Made by a program: the position numbers and the translations under genes. This document shows, piece by piece, positions 5,531 to 8,124 of a stretch of 8,124 bases of DNA. Below the pieces are notes generated by a model. It had not been told where the DNA came from, did no database searches, and was given only the letters and a program-made list of their open reading frames with translations. This DNA comes from a virus (lineage: Duplodnaviria > Heunggongvirae > Uroviricota > Caudoviricetes): the IMG/VR virus record IMGVR_UViG_2713896783_000023; one strand, written 5' to 3'. Positions within the stretch are counted from its first letter, which is position 1; each line of letters opens with the position of its first letter.

Positions 5531-6622
5531 ATGCGTGATTACGCAAAAGTTTCTCCGCGATTCTGGCTGGGAGAAACGGGGAGAGAACTTAGAAAGGCGG
5601 GTGCAGAAGCGCAAGTTGTTGCTTTTTACCTGATGACATCCCCTCACGCAAATATGCTGGGTTTGTATTACCTGCCAGTTTTATACCTTGCTCATGAAAC
5701 CGGGCTTGGTCTGGAAGGGGCTTCAAAGGGGCTTAAAAGGGCTGTTGAAGCTGGTTTTTGTAGCTATGACCATGATGCAGAGATGGTCTGGGTCCATGAA
5801 ATGGCAGCCTGGCAGGTTGGGGAAACGTTGAAGCCTGGCGATAACCGTTGTGCAGGTGTCAGGAATGAGTATGCATCATTACCTGAAAACGCTTTTCTGT
5901 CAGTGTTTTACGACAGATATAAAACGGATTTCCATCTGGATGTGAGGCGGAATAATAGCCGAAATTCGGTAAGGGGCTTCGAAGGGGCTTTTAAGGGGCT
6001 TCGAAGCCAAGAACAGGAACAGGAGCAGGAGAAAGAACAGGAACAGGACAAAAACACTATGGTTCATGGCAAAAAAAACACCACGAACCAGGCAGGGGAT
6101 GTTCAGACCGTCAATCCTGGTCAGCCAGCAGGCACGACACCGGAAGCCGATTCGGGCGCTGTGCAGCAGGTGATGACCGCAGGGTCGGAGCAATCACACC
6201 AACTGCAGCAGCCTGAAGCCGATTCCGCCATTCAGCGGGAAGCCGATCGGGTAGTCCCGGAAAGCACCGGGCAGTCTGTGGGACGAGTGGATTATCCGGA
6301 TGTGTTCGAACAGGTCTGGCGGGAATACCCGTTGCGTGCTGGGGCAAACCCGAAGAAATCCGCTTTCAGTGCCTGGAAGGCCAGATTGCGCGAGGGGGTG
6401 CCACCAGAGACCATGCTGGATGGTGTGAGGCGTTACGCGAGATACCTGGCGGCGACCGGGAAAGCGGGAACGGAATTTGTTCAGCGAGCGACGACGTTTT
6501 TTGGGCCGGACCGGAATTTTGAAAACCCCTGGTTGCTCCCGGTAAGCGGCACGAACAACCAGCGTTGTGTGAATCATATTTCTGAACCGGATACCGAAAT
6601 TCCGCCGGGATTCAGGGGGTGA
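5531..6622 (+). CDS. Replication initiator / replisome-organiser-like protein (lambda O analogue; 363 aa from ATG 5531, ORF-track start 5420 also possible)
   Basis: Lies immediately upstream of the DnaC-like loader. GAGG SD 5 nt before ATG 5531. Central low-complexity linker (EQEQEQEKEQEQ) and internal DNA repeats typical of an intragenic origin. C-terminal motif (YPDVFEQVWREYP...SAWKARL) resembles phage replication-protein C-terminal domains as I recall them. Confidence 0.65.
   Translation: MRDYAKVSPRFWLGETGRELRKAGAEAQVVAFYLMTSPHANMLGLYYLPVLYLAHETGLGLEGASKGLKRAVEAGFCSYDHDAEMVWVHEMAAWQVGETLKPGDNRCAGVRNEYASLPENAFLSVFYDRYKTDFHLDVRRNNSRNSVRGFEGAFKGLRSQEQEQEQEKEQEQDKNTMVHGKKNTTNQAGDVQTVNPGQPAGTTPEADSGAVQQVMTAGSEQSHQLQQPEADSAIQREADRVVPESTGQSVGRVDYPDVFEQVWREYPLRAGANPKKSAFSAWKARLREGVPPETMLDGVRRYARYLAATGKAGTEFVQRATTFFGPDRNFENPWLLPVSGTNNQRCVNHISEPDTEIPPGFRG
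5715..6050. repeat. Iteron-like repeats inside the replication gene: 3 x AAGGGGCTT at 11-bp spacing (5715-5743, third copy degenerate), 3 x AAGGGGCTT at 11-bp spacing (5971-6001), then a GAACAG-type hexamer tandem array (6011-6046)
   Basis: Read directly. Copies at 5715, 5726, 5737 (AAGGGCT) and 5971, 5982, 5993. Array GAACAG GAACAG GAGCAG GAGAAA GAACAG GAACAG. An A-rich stretch follows at 6050-6080. Confidence 0.6.
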
Positions 6623-6628
6623 TGTGGC

Positions 6629-7375
6629 ATGAAAAACATTGCGGCAGCCGGGGTTCTTGAACGTATTCGCAGACTTGCACCACAGGCGTCGGTTCCACCG
6701 TACCGGACGGTGGAGGAGTGGCGGGAATGGCAACTTGCTGAAGGACGAAAACGCAGCGAGGAGATTAACCGCCAGAATCACCAGTTGCGGGTGGAAAAAA
6801 TCCTGAATCGTTCGGGCATCCAGCCTCTGCACAGCAAATGCTCGTTTGCGAATTATCAGGTGCAGAACGACGGGCAAAAATACGCGCTGAGCCAGGCCAA
6901 ATCCATAGCTGACGAACTGATGACCGGGTGCACGAATTTTGTGTTCAGCGGTAAAACCGGCACCGGGAAAAATCACCTTGCAGCGGCGATGGGTAACCGG
7001 CTGATGGCGAAGGGGCGCAGCGTGATTATCGTCACCGTGTCTGATGTCATGAGCGTGTTGCATGACAGCTACGACAACGGCAAATCCGGGGAAAAATTTT
7101 TACAGGAGCTTTGCAGTGTTGATTTGCTGGTCCTGGATGAAATAGGCGTTCAGCGGGAGACGAAAAACGAGCAGGTGGTATTACACCAGATAATTGATCG
7201 CCGGACAGCATCACTGTGCAGTGTCGGGATGTTAACAAACCTGAATCATGCCGCAATGAGTACACTTCTTGGTGAGAGGATTATGGACCGCATGACCATG
7301 AACGGTGGTCGATGGGTGACGTTTAACTGGGATAGCTGGCGTCCAAATGTCAGCAATATGAGGGTTGTGAAGTAA
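6629..7375 (+). CDS. DnaC-like replicative helicase loader (IstB-like AAA+ ATPase, 248 aa)
   Basis: Walker A-like FSGKTGTGKNHLAAA and Walker B LLVLDEIG. Typical size and position after an O-like initiator in Rac-type replication modules (YdaV-like). Confidence 0.85.
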   Translation: MKNIAAAGVLERIRRLAPQASVPPYRTVEEWREWQLAEGRKRSEEINRQNHQLRVEKILNRSGIQPLHSKCSFANYQVQNDGQKYALSQAKSIADELMTGCTNFVFSGKTGTGKNHLAAAMGNRLMAKGRSVIIVTVSDVMSVLHDSYDNGKSGEKFLQELCSVDLLVLDEIGVQRETKNEQVVLHQIIDRRTASLCSVGMLTNLNHAAMSTLLGERIMDRMTMNGGRWVTFNWDSWRPNVSNMRVVK

Positions 7376-7396
7376 TTTTGTCCGGAGGAAATTTTA

Positions 7397-8124
7397 ATGG
7401 AAACCGTATCTGACGCACTGAAAGCACTGAAAAAAGCCTCTTCACATGTGGTGGCAGCTCGCCTTGGAATCAGTCGTGAAGAGGCTGTCAACGAGCTGTG
7501 GGAACTCAAAATAAATGGCGTCGTTGATAAAACTGGTCACACCTGGTTTCTGGCTGGCGAAGGTGAATCCCGGGTAACCGAAGAGCGGCCAGTAAAATCT
7601 GAAGCACAGGATATGCTGACCGGGGAGGTCGAACAAAAAGTTACCGCAGACATGATGATTGAGTTTATCGGTCAGGATGGGGCTAAAACGTGTGAGGAAC
7701 TGGCGGGTAAGTTCGGTGTCAGTACTCGCAAGGTTGCTTCCACGCTGGCGGTGGTAACCGCAACGGGGCGGCTGGCACGCGTTAATCAGAACGGTAAATT
7801 TCGTTACTGCATGCCGGGCGATAATTTACCAGCAGAGCCGAAAGCCGCGCTGGTAACGGAAAGTGATGGTAAGGCCTTTCCTCAGCCAGCAGGTGCTGCG
7901 TTACCAGTCCGGGAAGCCGCAACACAGGAAGAAATTAAAACAGAAACTGTGGCGGACATTGTGCAGCCGTTGCCATCGTTTACCGAAACGCAAGCAGATG
8001 AGCTGATTTTTCCGTCCCTTCGCAGGGCAAACCTGGCGCTGCGCAGGGCGAAAAGTGATGTTCAGAAGTGGGAGCGAGTCTGCGCCGCGCTGCGGGAGCT
8101 GAACAAGCACCGGGATATTGTTCG
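7397..8124 (+). CDS. Hypothetical protein, 3' end beyond window (242+ aa); contains two similar HTH/winged-helix-like segments
   Basis: ATG 7397 with GGAGG SD at 7384-7388. Hand translation is open to the window end. Not in the ORF track because there is no stop. Internal similarity between VAARLGISREEAVNELWELKINGVVDKTGHTWFLAG and ELAGKFGVSTRKVASTLAVVTATGRLARVNQNGKFRYCMPG. Confidence 0.6.
   Translation, partial: METVSDALKALKKASSHVVAARLGISREEAVNELWELKINGVVDKTGHTWFLAGEGESRVTEERPVKSEAQDMLTGEVEQKVTADMMIEFIGQDGAKTCEELAGKFGVSTRKVASTLAVVTATGRLARVNQNGKFRYCMPGDNLPAEPKAALVTESDGKAFPQPAGAALPVREAATQEEIKTETVADIVQPLPSFTETQADELIFPSLRRANLALRRAKSDVQKWERVCAALRELNKHRDIV

Noticed and set aside
5900-7636. ORF-track minus-strand ORFs 5900..6193, 6111..6347, 6194..7063 (289 aa), 7047..7265, 7246..7509, 7442..7636
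   Set aside because: All are antisense to well-supported plus-strand genes (initiator, DnaC-like loader, terminal gene), with Arg/Pro/His-rich composition typical of antisense shadows and no SD sequences.
7901-8110. ORF-track 7901..8110 (-) 69 aa
   Set aside because: Antisense to the open plus-strand frame that starts at 7397 with a strong SD.
1-8124. CRISPR arrays, tRNA/rRNA genes, integrase or transposase genes
   Set aside because: No regularly spaced repeat-spacer array, no tRNA-like cloverleaf candidates noticed, and no ORF with recombinase or transposase motifs in this window.

Overview
The window reads as the early/immunity region of a Qin/Rac-like lambdoid cryptic prophage from an Escherichia-type genome. 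Leftward (minus strand) lies a dicB-type division-inhibition operon: YdfA-like (51 aa), YdfB-like (42 aa), a frameshifted ~179-aa gene, DicF sRNA, DicB-like (62 aa), a YdfD-like small membrane protein and a partial downstream gene. Upstream of it, also on the minus strand, is a three-gene HTH repressor / PaaA2-like antitoxin / ParE toxin module, with the repressor divergent from a rightward Cro-like (YdaS/DicC family) gene. Rightward (plus strand) follow a YdaT-like gene, a hypothetical gene, an O-like replication initiator carrying iteron-like repeats, a DnaC-like helicase loader and a partial gene. Two copies of one palindromic operator sit at the divergent promoter region and about 1 kb away in front of the division-inhibition operon. 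A 50-N assembly gap lies in the dicF-dicB spacer. All family assignments are from motif and recalled-sequence recognition, not database searches. I see no clear evidence of a wholly new system; the best candidates for follow-up are the slippery-run frameshift gene, an antisense zinc-ribbon ORF with a structured leader, a 19-bp long-range inverted repeat around dicF-dicB, and the intragenic origin-like repeats.
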